In this document: piece by piece, positions 22,881 through 35,784 of the stretch | Layout of the letters: the number at the start of each line of letters is the position of its first letter | How positions within the stretch are numbered: position 1 is the first letter of the stretch | Assembly (NCBI GenBank): GCA_000934665.2 | Contig: JYFJ02003526.1 | Coordinates: 1-40,471 of the forward strand | Length of the DNA: 40,471 nt | From: Catajapyx aquilonaris | Lineage: Eukaryota | Reading direction: 5' to 3' | The notes under the pieces: generated by a model | The model's database searches: none | Told to the model about the DNA's origin: nothing | Seen by the model: only the letters and a program-made list of their open reading frames with translations | Position numbers and translations under genes: made by a program

Positions 22881-24289
22881 CGTGTGGGTAAGCAATAGCT
22901 AGACGGAATGGGTACGAAAAGGGCATGAATTATTTTGTTTGTTTGTCCCCCCGCTTCATACCCATCTACTTATTCCTATATGTCAGTCCTTATGAAATTG
23001 GTATGAAATGGGTACGAAACTATTAACTGATGTGTGAATAAATTCCAAGGGCTCCAGTCTCCAGGCGTGACATAACCGTTAAAAAAAGATGAATATTAGA
23101 GTAATTCGGAGTTGGATATCGTGTAAAAATAAGGGGGGGGGGGGGGGGCNNNNNNGCGCTATAATATATACTATATCATGGGAGGAGCATCCTGCAGCAA
23201 CAATCATCTATCACGTGCGGTGTTGCCCAGCATGCTTCCTCTGGTCAAGGTCACGTTCCAAGCGAAAAATTGCGGCCTGACTCTTATATAAAAGCCTATT
23301 CAGCAGTGCTATTCACAGTTATGGAGGGGGGGGGGACATTTTTTTTAACAAAATTCTACGGCTCGGTCGACAAAGCGGTGTTGTCGCTTTTTTAAACCAC
23401 TGTTATTGTTGTTAGAAAGTAATGATTTTGGTAACCACTTAAGAAACGGCTTGAGTGCCAAATAAATCGCACATGCTGTTGTGTCCATTATTTAGAAGGG
23501 TTGGTCTCGTGTATTATTATCGGGGTGTGTATAGCGCAATCCCCTTTTACCTTGCGTTACATCACCATGACTTCTTTACACGTGGAGTGTGAGCGAGCAT
23601 GTGCAACGTGACCGTCCTCCTTTATTATTCTTCTGACACCCGAGTGTGCAGCAGGCTCTGACACCTGCTCCATCCCCCCATCCCCCCCTCTACTCCCATA
23701 CCCTGCTGAGCCCTCCACACACATAGCCTTAGGGAGAGGCAGCAGCCAGCCGGTCTCTCCGCGGCACACGTTCTGCAAAAAGAGAGTGGGTGAAAAATAG
23801 AGCAATTGGCCTAGGTCATGATTCTCTAAGACTTTCTTTCCTCTGCGACCAAGGGGTCTCCTACCATTTCTCCGGTTGCTCAAACCATATAAAAGCAGCA
23901 TGTAAATGTTTGGTAAGGGCCTAACCTAACTATAACATTACAGGTAACAGGTTATGTTATAACATAACATAACAACATAACATAACCTATACAAGTGAAC
24001 TCCTTGCCAAATCTGACACTGAGCAAAACTGCCCTCGATGTCCACGTAAAGGTGATTTTTTTTACGAGCGCAACCGAGTGCGCACCCACACTCGCGCAGC
24101 GCCATTGTTTTGACAACAACGTTGCCAGAGTTACTCCATAAGGACCAAATAAGGTTACGATGTTCAAAGTGAAATAATAAGTAAATAAATAAATAAGTAA
24201 AATAATTAAACGAAATAATTAAAATAATAAATAGATGAAATAATAAATCAAAAGTAAATCAAATAATACCGTATATAATAAATAAATGA

Positions 24290-24396
24290 TAATAATGTGA
24301 ATGATAAATAATCTTAATAATGTGAATGATAAATAATCTTAATAATGTGAATGATAAATAATCTTAATAATGTGAATGATAAATAATCTTAATAAT
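24290..24396 (+). repeat. 25-bp minisatellite, ~4.3 perfect copies
   Basis: taataatgtgaatgataaataatct at 24290, 24315, 24340 and 24365. Confidence 0.95.
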
Positions 24397-24415
24397 ATAC
24401 AATGTATTATTATTC

Positions 24416-24469
24416 AACTTCAGAGACTGACGGCGTTAATTATAATTAACGCCGGCAGTCTCTGAAGTT
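24416..24469. repeat. 54-bp loopless palindrome (one mismatch)
   Basis: aacttcagagactgacggcgttaatta|taattaacgccggcagtctctgaagtt. Confidence 0.95.
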
Positions 24470-25903
24470 CGTTTCAGAGCTTTGTCAACATCGCAAACGT
24501 CGGACATTTTGTTTTTTCGCCAAACGTAGTGTTGGAAATAGATGCAGCGCAGTAGACCCACCATACAGAGAGATTACCAACCGCGCACGCTGCGCGAACA
24601 GTGGTGAGCACTCGGTTGCAGCGCAGCGCTAGTTCTTTTTTTTTTTTAACTCGTATATAATACCATAGCCCTCACATAGATGGCGCATCCGAGGGATAGT
24701 GCTACTCCATGCACCCAGCTCACCCCAGACAAACAGAGGCACAGACTCAAGCATATGCTGGAATTTATTCCTATGCTAGGCAGCTTTGCGAATAAACATG
24801 TCTGCAGAGGATACGGAATCAGCCGCTCAGGTACGCAGGTTGCGAGATTCTGGCCGATAAAAAAAAAACTGCGTATTGTTAAGGGGTGGCGGGAGCAAAG
24901 GTTGCCAGCCGGTGTATAAGAGGAGGTTGGATAAGCAGGCCAATAAAAAAAAAGATCAGATCCTGTTTGGTACACAACAACAACAACAACAACAACACCC
25001 CACGGCAGCATATCCTCCCATAAGGTACAGGTAGCGATTTTCCAGATGAGCTGCCTTTGGGCTTGAATGGACGGATAATAATGATCATCGTCCTACCAAA
25101 GGAGACGAAGCAGCAGCCTGTGAGTCCCCAGAGACGTACGACCTTCAATCCAGGAGCCCTGTACGTGTGTCGTCCCTATTTATATCCGAAGCACATTTCA
25201 AATGCGTGCAAAGGTGAAGTTGCGGGGAAGTAGGAGACACGTGTCCGTCACTTTTGCCCAAGGATGAACGCCACAAATTGCGAATCGCTTCACTCTCTCT
25301 ATAGATTCTCCTAGCCCCTCTCCAGGCAGAGAGCACATCTATTATTAGGACTAGCCGTGGGGACCTATACCTATACAGTGTGTTTTCACACTGGATTTAC
25401 AGCCACTAAGCAGCTAGTTGTTGTATCAGCAGCACTGAGTTATAGCTGCTAATATTAGGTATAGTTGAATTAATTCATTTCAAACTAATGCGCAGGTGCA
25501 AGTTAGTCGAAACAAATCATGATGGAAAATAATGTTAGGAATCTACAAATTTGTAGTAATTCCAAGCCTAAGTGAAGGCTTGGAATTATTACTGTAAAAT
25601 TACGCATCAAGATAGTGCATGTGAGCCAAAAATAAATCGGCACTGGAAATGTGGTAGCAATGCACGATTTCATAGTCATTCCAAGGCTGAAATGAAGGCT
25701 TGGTTTCATATACCCAATTTATACCAATTTCAAACACCATTTTTAATCTATTTCAATTTTATTTACTTATTTATTTATTACCTGGACAAACAAACAAACT
25801 TTGCCTATATTTATAAATTCGTATGAAATGGGCATGCCAATTCGTACCCAGCATTTCATACACAAATTTTCAAGCACATACACACACATTAAGATGATGA
25901 TGG

Positions 25904-25904
<1 letters not shown>

Positions 25905-25986
<82 letters not shown>
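25905..25986 (+). repeat. (TTA)~27 microsatellite
   Basis: Read directly from the sequence. Confidence 0.98.
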
Positions 25987-26852
25987 GGTAATCCCATCTC
26001 TTGAAATATAGTAAGGCGAGATGCACTTCCGGTCTTGATTTCCGAGCCAATCACAGTGCTTTGAAAGTAGTGTTGAAAAGGGAGAAAGTTGAGTGACATC
26101 AATAAGTGCTTTTAATACACAAGCCCAATTGCTCTCTTTTTACCCCCTCTTTCCCTCACTCCCCCCACACCACCCTTCCAAAACCCCTGCTTGGAAAGTG
26201 TGGCAGTAAGGGAGGCTTATTTTACGACACTTGCGGCCAGAAACAATGCAGTCCAGTGGGGGTGGTAATTAGCCTAATAAAAGGGCGTGCCCACTTTTTC
26301 GGTGGCAATTGCACACACATGTATACTCAAGGTCGATGTTCACATGGGGTTTAATGATTTATTGAGGGGGGGGGAGGTTGGTTGGGGGAACATTTAATTG
26401 TCCAAAAACTGTAGCCAAAGATTGAGAATTAATAATTCTTTTTAGAATTTTAAAAAAATTATAGGAATAAGGGTGAGATGTGGCAACAGTGTGGATCTGA
26501 TTTCGATCGGTTGCGATTCGGCAACCTGCAAAACATCCCAAATACTGCGGATTGACTGTTTGGGATGGAATGTCACCCTATATGCCCATATACCCTCGAA
26601 ACAAAACCAAATTTTCACTTAAAAGCATACCTCGTTGCTTAAAAGCGACTCGACTTTAAAAGACAATATATTAGTCGAGACAACTCAAGTTATGACAAAA
26701 CGCATAATTATTATTGAGTGCAAAATGATTAGACAGCGCGAGAGAGTCGCCCAATTAGAGATTGCCAAAAAATATCCCCACATCATTGGGCGATACAGAC
26801 AAAATAGGGAAGTCTTGAGATGCAGAAATTATTAAAACATTGCATTGTATTA

Positions 26853-27200
26853 TCTCTAGCATTATAAAAGTCAAAGTTTGTTCAGGTTTGGTTTCATACC
26901 AATTTTATGCCAATTTCATACCATACATAAGAGACAAGCATCTCTATCCATATGAAACGTCAAGTTTGTTTGTTCGTCCAGGTTAGGGTTTCATACCCAT
27001 TTCATACCCATTTTTAATCAATTTCATACCATACACAGGACAAACAGTATGCAACATACCTGTACAAAGGCCAACTTTGTTTGTTTGTTTGTCCAGGTTT
27101 GGTTTAATGTCCATTTCATCCCATACTTAGGGCAAACATACAATATACAAAGGGAATTTTTCCAGGTTTGGTTTCGTACCCATTTCATGCCCAGGTGAAA
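26853..27200 (+). mobile_element. Tandem array of family B Helitron-type left ends (~4 units)
   Basis: A|TCTCTA..ATAAAAGTCAAAGTTTG at 26853 and A|TCTCTATCC..CAAGTTTGTTTG at 26941. tccaggtttggtttcatacccatttcat recurs. Related fragments lie at ~22905-23020 and ~25700-25860. Confidence 0.6.
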
Positions 27201-28069
27201 ATCACCAAGAAATTCGTATGGTGTATATGAAAACCTGATAGCAAAAATGCAATACTGATTGATTGAATATTTTTAAAGGTTCTAATTTGTGTACTGAGAA
27301 CATGCCTCTATACTATGTGCATAAATTGTGCACAGAAAATCCTGCACCGAGACAAAAACTGTTTTGAAAAAATTGCATAGATTTTTGCTCGACATTCCTA
27401 TACGTTTCCTGCAAGTGTCCTTCTTGTTTATTTGTCTGCCCAGAAATTGGGGTTAGCCAACGCCCTAAAAAGTGCAACGTGCTATATACTCGTGCGAAAA
27501 AATAATAATAATTCGCGACATACTAGTTGTAGTAAGGTGGTAAATGAGGGGAGCCTAGGGCGTGTTCAGTGCAGTTGTCGGCGCACATGCGCAATTATCC
27601 AGGTGAAGAGACAGGTAATATTCTGGTGACATGTTGGAGCGTGAGAGGAGGCAGGTACAATTAGCAGGCAATTAAAGTGGTTTGGGGGTGTTGGGAGGGT
27701 GGGAGAGAGGGGGCATATAGGGCGATGGTGCCACCTGGCGGCGCCTGGCAGACACTTTTTTTGTAGTCCAAGCCACGATGCCGGTTCTACTACACATTAC
27801 TAAAGTGTACGTGTGTGTGTGTGGCAGACATACCGGGAAACCCACGTGGCCCCCGGAGCCATCGACTGTCAACATTTTTTTCTCTCACTAAAAAAAAGTG
27901 GAGAGAGACACGCCCTATTTTTAGTTGTGTAGAGGGGGTGGATATGGAGAAATGCCTCAGAAACCTAAGAATAAAACTATCGGTGTGGTAAAATGTTGCG
28001 ATCTATAGCACTATAGGTGTAGGAAGCGCACGTGTACGCGCACACGTACTCATTCAACAGAATAGTATG

Positions 28070-28452
28070 ACGTGCCTTTTAGTGTGCTTAACTGACCACC
28101 ACTGGTTGAATTTTACCTAAATAATGCCCTTAAATCACTATGGGTGGAATTTTCGTCCCGTGGGACGAAAATTCCACCCACAGTGATTTAAGGGCATTAA
28201 CTTAGAAGTACTGATAAGTTAGAAGTAACTAGCAGTGGACTGCTAGTTGCTTCTATCAGTTCTTCTAAGTACTACTAAGTACTTCTAAGTACTGCCAACT
28301 TAGAAGTACTGATAAGTTACTTCTAACTTATCAGTACTTCTAAGTTAGCAGTAAGTAGCAGTGAGACTAAAATTCCACCCATAGTGATTCAAGTGCATTA
28401 TTTAGGTAAAATTCAACCAGTGGTGGTCAATGAAGCAAACTAAAAGGCACGT
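28070..28452. mobile_element. Complex foldback element
   Basis: Arm 28070-28160 is inverted at 28362-28452, and a separate 78-bp hairpin spans 28122-28199. The centre consists of aacttagaagtactgataagtta in both orientations. Confidence 0.88.
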
Positions 28453-28545
28453 GTCACTGATAGTTAGTGCTAACTTAGAAGTACTGCTAAGTTAGCAGTG
28501 TAAATAACTAGCAGTGGGATGAAAATTCGACCGATTGTGGCAGTT

Positions 28546-28896
28546 AACAATCAAGTCCGCTGAACCGTGTGTGAAATGGCCATAAAATGGGTACAAAACC
28601 AAGCTTGGACAAACAAGCAACCAAACGAACGAACAAACCTTGCCTTTTATAATAATAGCTAGATTGATCCGCGATTTTTCTCCGATGTTGCATTGTTTGC
28701 TTCATTGTTTGTCCAGAGTGACTTCATTGGTTGATGAATTGAAATGACGTAAATAATGCACGTAAATCGAATCACAATGTGTCCTGTGCTGGAGTGAACA
28801 ATCAAGTCCGCTGAACCGTGTGTGAAATGGGTATGGACAAACGAACAAACAACCAACCAACCAGACAAACTTTTGCCTTTTATGTAATAATAGGGA
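28546..28896 (-). mobile_element. Two tandem family B left ends on the minus strand
   Basis: Exact 34-bp direct repeat aacaatcaagtccgctgaaccgtgtgtgaaatgg (28546-28579, 28797-28830). Each copy is followed by ggacaaac...ttgccttttat..aatag..GA|T, ending at 28663 and 28896. Confidence 0.7.
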
Positions 28897-29787
28897 TTGA
28901 TGTCTGAATTTTTCTCGAGTGTTGCGATCTGCTTAGCATTGTTCGGTGCAGTGTTGGTTGCGATGTTGGGACGTGTGGCAACGTTGTATGCGTACGGGAA
29001 TCGACCTTGGGGAATCCAAGGAAATGTCCCTCGTATACAGGTGCTCTCTAGCAGGCCTGGGGAATGTGCTCTACCTTAGCAGTCGTCGGGCTCACCTTTT
29101 TATATGGGGTTGGTTTAACAGCCCCCCCTTGCACAACAAATATTTATTAATATCAATGCAGCATGCCGTTGCTAATCCGACCATTTTAATCATTCAATCT
29201 GGCTGGACCAGCTGCGTACAAGGTTTCATGACCTGAGCAGAGGTCGTGGGGGTCGGAATGAATGAGACGAAGGTCACAGGGGGATTCTCCTGGCTTGTAG
29301 TATAGTTGTAGCCAGATTTCAGAGATTAAACTTGGGGGTTGACTTCGAAGAAGAAAAATGTTCCGTTACAGCTACAGGTATTCTGGCTTCGTTTTTTTTT
29401 TTGCATGTTCCTATAGCAAGCGCGTGCTGTGGACCAATGAGGAAGGAAGAGGCAAGCAGCACGTGTGTGTGTGTGTGTGTGTGTGGATGGAAGGAGGGTA
29501 GGAGGTGGAAGGTGTGGGGGCAATGAATAACAGCCTGTGGCGAAACTGGCTGTGTCGCATACACGCGTACACGTGTTTGGCCAATTGAATGGCAGGTGTG
29601 GCACCCTCCTAGTTATCGAGGCTCCCCAAATACATGTCTCAGTCTAAGTGGAATGAACTCATATTTTCTTCCACTTATTGATATTTAGTAAGTGAAAAAT
29701 ATAAGTGAGCAGATTTTAAAAAGGAAAACCTTCCACATATACTTATTCTGGGTAAAAATTCACCATCTATTCTATCAGCAAACGAAA

Positions 29788-30285
29788 AATATTTCCACTT
29801 AAATAAAGTCCATGAAAGTAATATTTCCACTTAAATAAAGTGCAAGAAAGTAATATTTCCACTTAAATAAAGTGCAAGAAAGTAATATTTCCACTTAAAT
29901 AAAGTGCAAGAAAGTAATATTTCCACTTAAATAAAGTGCAAGAAAATAATATTTTCACTTAAACAAAGTGCAAGAAAGTAATATTTCCACTTAAATAAAG
30001 TGCAAGAAAGTAATATTTCCACTTAAATAAAGTGCAAGAAAGTAATATTTCCACTTAAATCAAGTGCAAGAAAGTAATATTTCCACTTAAATAAAGCGCA
30101 AGAAAATAACATTTCCACTCAAATCAAGTGCAAGAAATTAATATTTCCATTTAAATAAAGTGCAAGAAAGTAATATTTCCACTTAAATAAAGTGCAAGAA
30201 AGTAATATTTCCACTTAAATAAAGTGCAAGAAAGTAATATTTCCACTTAAATAGAGTGCAAGAAAGTAATATTTCCATTTAAATA
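29788..30285 (+). repeat. 32-bp minisatellite, ~15.5 near-identical copies
   Basis: aatatttccacttaaataaagtgcaagaaagt starts at 29788, 29820, 29852 and so on to 30268. Confidence 0.97.
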
Positions 30286-30533
30286 TACGAGAATGCAAGA
30301 AAATGCTCAATTTTTTTTCCATTTAGGAAAGTGGAAAAGTGCTTAGAATGTAAGGGGGAAATCCTTCCATTTATTTCATGCGTGGCTAATCCTTCTTTAT
30401 ATTCCAAATAACAATTCGGCACCGATTCTGTAAACGGAACTTAAATGTTTCCACTTAAATAAATGCGAAGAAAATTGTCAATTTCTTCATTATTTATTAT
30501 AAGTGAAAAAGTGCTAATAATCCTTCCATTTTT

Positions 30534-30589
30534 ATTACTTGTGTGGCTAATCCTTCCACTTATTACTTGTGTGGCTAATCCTTCCACTT
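30534..30589 (+). repeat. 28-bp tandem duplication
   Basis: attacttgtgtggctaatccttccactt occurs twice. Confidence 0.9.
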
Positions 30590-32514
30590 ACCCGTCCATC
30601 AAAATTCTATCAGTAAACGGAAAATATTTCCGCTTTAAAAATACAATTATTTTCATATTTTAATAAGTGGAAAACAGAGCGTAGATGTAAAATGCTTCCA
30701 GCACGTATTCCGGATAACAATAATAATTTTTCAACGAATTCTACCCAACAAAATGTGCAAGGAAATGCTCCATTTTCCCCTTATCAGTACTGCATTGCAA
30801 AAAGTGCTAAGAGTGTACCTGAGCAGGCAATGAAAATAAGGAAAACTGTGTAAAGTAGGGAAGGTCACCCTTTTAATATTTTTCTGGCTGACATACAAAA
30901 AAAAGGCATATGTGCATGCCCCTGATGCACACACACACACACACTCATATATATTAGCATGAGGTGTTGCCCAGTTTAGAAAGGGGTGCAGAAGGCCTCT
31001 GGAGGAAGTGAAAGTGAGTGATGCTGAACCTTCTAAGCCACTTCCTTGGACCAGATTGATGGGGCTGCCTTCTGATTGGTGCCTCTGCCACCCTGAGGGA
31101 CACGCCAGAATCATAATAATAATATATAAAAAATAGCTAAATTTGCAGGGCCTTGGTTGGCACAGGTACACACGAATTTATGTTGCCAATATACAACTGA
31201 ATATTTCGGAGCACCGTCAGCCTTGTTATGATTATGTGGCCTGGTGGAAGGGGTTTGTAGGTTTCCGTGTCACCAGCTGCTGACCTTGCCAGTTTTTATA
31301 TACCAGGCTTGTCCGTCACTGAATTGTCACGACGCAAATTAACCAGTTAAAATGATGGCCGCTTATTTGGGTGAAGCTAGAGGAGTTGGTCACTTATGAA
31401 GTCCTTCGTACACTGAGAAAGTCCGGTTGAAGTCCAGGTGACGTCCGAAGTCCTTCGTATACACAGAGACTGAAGTCTATAGGTGAAGATAGTCACGAAC
31501 AGGGAAGAAAAAAGTGATTGACTCAATAGGAAATGTGATTTTCGAGGTGACCTTGGTTGGCTCATGTTTTTAATGCTTGAAAGGACAGATATTTTCAAAA
31601 GGAGATGGCGACATCGCGACTTGATGATATGATGGGCCGATTCTTCTCTCTTGCGGACTCTTCATTTGCATAATGGCGTACTCAAGAATTCACTCCTTTT
31701 TTTCCTTCTCCCCCACCTCTCGAACTGGGCACGCGGACGACGCAAGGTGAAATCAAAGTTACACAACGCTATTTATTAATACGAGTATTTTTGTTACATA
31801 AGGAGTGTTGTGAAGGGCAGTGCGTTGGAAAGTTAATGTATAGCCGTCCATCTATCTTCTTGGTGGCGAAACAATCTGATGCGTATATACACCTGTACCG
31901 ATCGCACAAAAATATTGAAATATTGGTGGAGCACAAAAAAAAACCTTGGGCTTCTTACATGTAAAAAAAATTGGGCGAAAATAGCACAATAGTGTGAGTC
32001 CTTGACTGACATGACACTTGGTCATACATTATTATAACAACGTAACTTTAGCAGCCGTTCCCTGCAGATGTTTCCCCGCAGGTGACCCCTTGCAAGTCTT
32101 GGAAATACAGGGAGGTCATCAGCTGCAGTCACTGCCTAATGAAGGAACAAACATGGCCGGGTTGATGATAAACAAAAGGGGCGTTGAATCTGGTCTGGGG
32201 GCACAGTGAGTGTGACCTTTTGCTGACTGTTATGTCACTCATTTTCAGGGGGGAGGAAGAGACCAAAACATGACATGACACACAACAACCTCTCAGTGCT
32301 TACTTTGTTTCACTCGACACAACTCCTCACAATGGGTCGTAAATCAACTTGTGTTTTTAGCGACCATTGCGTGTCAACATCGGTTGCCTACTGACACATG
32401 TCACGAGTCCGGGGGTGTGACCCCGCACCCTGTACACTATACGATCAAGGGTGAGCTTCCTGCACTGGATCCATCGTTATGTTTCCAGTAATAACCGACT
32501 TATACACAACAGAT

Positions 32515-32573
32515 TTATTTTGTCCACACACACACACAAACAGATAAAACTTCACGTTTTATATTAATAGAGA
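32515..32573 (-). mobile_element. Helitron-type 5' terminus fragment
   Basis: The minus strand reads A|TCTCTATTAATATAAAACGTGAAGTTTTATCTGTTTGTGTGTGTG. Confidence 0.6.
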
Positions 32574-34709
32574 TTACAGATTATTTAAAAATTGAAGGAA
32601 TGGATAAACATTATTAATTCTGTTTTATTATTTAACAATGCGCCAGGAGGCATCATGTAAGTAGGGGGGCTGTTTAGCCACGTGATTTTCATGGACTATA
32701 AGGCATAATTTATTGGCCGTTTTGCGCCTGGTATTACAAGGGATGATGGGGCCATTCGGAGCAGCAGCAGTTTGACTCTCTCTCTCTTCTTTTTTGTTGT
32801 TTCATATTTCATATTTTCTTAGCAAAACTAAGCGGCACTAATTAGGGGAAGAAAATCTACGAGAAAAAAAATTGAGATTTTTTTTGCATTGTATGAATCT
32901 CAGGAACAATTCAAATTTTGTGATGCACTAATTTGACGTGTTTTCTGGCTGTTTAGCGAGTAAGTGTGGGTGGTGACATCCATTTGCGAAAAATTGTGGT
33001 TTGTCTCTTCCCACACATTCATATACACACCTCTTCGCAAAAAAAAGCTCACCCTCAGCCTCTATGGTTGCAATCCGGCCTCGCGATCTCAATTTCAAAT
33101 GGGTTCAATTTGAAATTCATGGCTGCTGCTTCTGAGACGACGACTTCCCGTGTAATGTCGTCCCACTTTCTCTCCCTAGCCACAAACGTCCAAAGGGACA
33201 CATTATCCACTCTATATTATACAGAAGCTAAAAATTGCTAATTTTTGCTTATTATTATTATTCTTGAATAGTTTCTTTCAGTGGTTATCCCCAAAAAATA
33301 TTATAGCTGGTTGGTGAAACAAAATCCAGATTTTGCCCCACACATAAGAAGGTCTGTTATCGACGCAAAGAATGGCGTGCGAAGCTTAGATGTGTTTGTG
33401 AGGATATATCGAGGAAGTGGCGAGCTCGGCGAGTGGTGGTTGGGGAGGGCTGGATAATGACCTGGGCTGGCTAATAATAAAATTTATCAGAGTGCAGAAG
33501 TCATGCGATTGTGGGAGTCCAAGAGAAGGAAACAAACCCCCCTCCCAAGTCCACCCTTTGCCATTTGCTATACGTCCTTGTCAGGCATTGATCACATCTC
33601 GAAGGATATGCTGCTAACCAAACAACCTATACCGATTTTTTTTTCTTTTGCAAAAAAAATTTTTTGCGGTGAGGTGTAGGAATGGCGAAAAAGAGTTCGG
33701 CTTATCCATTTAAGTGCGAGGATTATCCTCACTTTGGGGCAGTGCTTCACGCCGGTCACGTTGTTTCCAGCCCCTTTTACGACCCCGGGGCTCTTTTTAT
33801 ATGTTTGCGCCTCTTTTTTAAAGGCCCTCCCGATTTTTGCTCCTCGTGCTCAGAGAGTGCAAAAAAAATTGTGCGAATATTACGCAAGGTATGAATTTCT
33901 CTGCTGAAATCCTCAATTTTTGGCCCCGATATTTCACGACACAAGGTTCAGAGATGAAATCGAGCCAGGATATATAAGGTGAGGCCAGCAGTTGGAGTCA
34001 TTTCGAGATACAGGCTTTTGTCGTGTGAATAAAACTTCTAATTCGGTATCAATATTGTTCATACCAGATTGATAACATTATCTATAATTTCAAAATATAC
34101 CTGGCGTTTGTAATTGAATTATTTTCATCTGAAACTGAACTACAAAAAAAATGTCGCTTAACGTGTTTTACATCAATTATTTCGCCATAATGCTTGATAT
34201 TTTTTTAAATGTATATAGGTAAATGAATGTAGGTGAATCGACAGAGTGAGAACTATTATCGCATGACCTGGCAATATTTCTAAACACTGGTCACTTGAAA
34301 TCTGAATGCGAGCTGTGGCAACAGGTCATAATTTTGCCCCCAACCTTTTCGATCCGGACACACGTTTGAGCGCCGCCCATGCCTCACGTACAGTACATGT
34401 GACTGACACGACTCTTTAACACCCAACAATTGCAGCACACTCCGTACCGATTCAACTGTCCTTGATTAGAGAGTGTGTCTGAGGGAACCTAAAAAAGCGC
34501 GGTTATCCTTCAGGAGGTAGTAAGTAAGTCATCTCCTATTTGCGAAGTGGGTGGAGAGGGACTGATAGCGTAATTTTCTTACCTTGCGCTTTGCTCCATG
34601 ACGGCAGCACAATGAGCCAATTTGGGTTAGGCTGTACCTCCACACTATCAATCAGCACTAATCAAGAGCCATGAAAACAACAGTGATGTTGTTGCGAAAC
34701 TGTTGGTGT

Positions 34710-34864
34710 CAGGAGGAGTATACTCATCCAGGTCACTCGCAATCGACAAAGTCGATTGACGTCAAAATGACGTCGCCAATGATGACAAGGAGAATTGGCG
34801 ACGTCACTTTTACGTCAATCGACTTTGTCGATTGCGAGTGGCCTGGATGAGTATACGCCTCCTG
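34710..34864. mobile_element. Near-perfect hairpin MITE (71-bp arms, 13-bp loop)
   Basis: CAGGAGGAGTATACTCATCCAGG...CGTCGCCAAT (34710-34780) is inverted at 34794-34864. Each arm contains the inner hairpin caatcgac-aaa-gtcgattg. Confidence 0.9.
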
Positions 34865-34928
34865 TACACGAAGAAGTTAAAGTTGTTGTGTGTGAGATGT
34901 CATTAAATATTTCTGATAATGTCAGGGC

Positions 34929-35110
34929 AACTATTGAGTCACCATTTCGGAATCAGGTCATCCAGAGGGAACTATAGAGTCACTGTGGAAATCAGGTTAT
35001 CTAGATGGAGCTAACTATTGAGTATCTCTGTGGAATATGGTCGTCCAGAGGGACCCTGTAAGGTCGTCCGGAGGGAGAGAACTAATGAGTAATGAGTCAC
35101 CCTGTAGACC
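34929..35110 (+). repeat. Degenerate ~41-bp tandem repeat, ~4 copies
   Basis: aactattgagtcac..ggaatcaggtcatccagaggg recurs. Confidence 0.7.
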
Positions 35111-35784
35111 ATAGGAGACTCGGCACGCGCTGTTCGTGTTTTGAAGTCGCCAGAGGCAATCCGGCCACTTGATTTGTAGCTTAGGGTAGGTGCAACAAGC
35201 CAGGAATGCAGGTGATGGGTGTGAAAAGAGTATGAGGAGGAGGGGGTAAGGTCGAAGGGGGTAAAAAGCAAAGGCAAAACTCTAATCCGTAAGCGTGAAA
35301 GGCCAACATTTATGGCTAGTCTTTGCTTCCCTTCCTCCCCCAGTCAGAAAAGAGAGAGCCTGTAGGCCAGTGCCTGCAGGGCACTATCATAAATCCAGGA
35401 CCTGCCTGGGCGCCTCCTGATCCTTTGGATTGCCTCTCGACCTTGCCCTCAACTGATTTACGATCTCAGCAGAAACCATCCGGAGGCCAGGTGAATGACG
35501 AGTCTACCTGCCTTGAATCCACCACACATGTGATGAAAATGAATCTCTGCTAGTTTACGCAATGCTGCAACATTTTTTGGGGGGTATAGCCTTAGTTGCC
35601 CCCTGGTCGGAATTTTTGGTAAAAGGCGAGGATGTTTTTCGTGTCCGATGGGTGGCCCCCCCTCATTCTGTGTCTCCCCAACTCACCCAGGGGGGTCCTG
35701 TGGGAACCACTCACTCACTCCCTCAACTCCTCACCCTCAGAAGAACCACGGTACCGCTACCGGGAACTTTACTCGCCGACAACA

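Larger units (their letters stand above)
24060..24630. mobile_element. Family A element copy 4
   Basis: tttacgagcgcaaccgagtgcgcacccacactcgcgcagc ... gcgcgaacagtggtgagcactcggttgc. Confidence 0.85.

Noticed and set aside
25801..26004. Poly-Tyr ORF, and the poly-Leu/Cys/His ORFs near 10700-11187
   Set aside because: These are translations of microsatellites.
29788..30285. CRISPR-like 32-bp repeats
   Set aside because: The repeats are head-to-tail with no spacers, there are no cas genes, and the context is eukaryotic.
33929..34031. Weak inverted repeat tatttcacgacacaag / cttttgtcgtgtgaata
   Set aside because: Too degenerate to call as an element.
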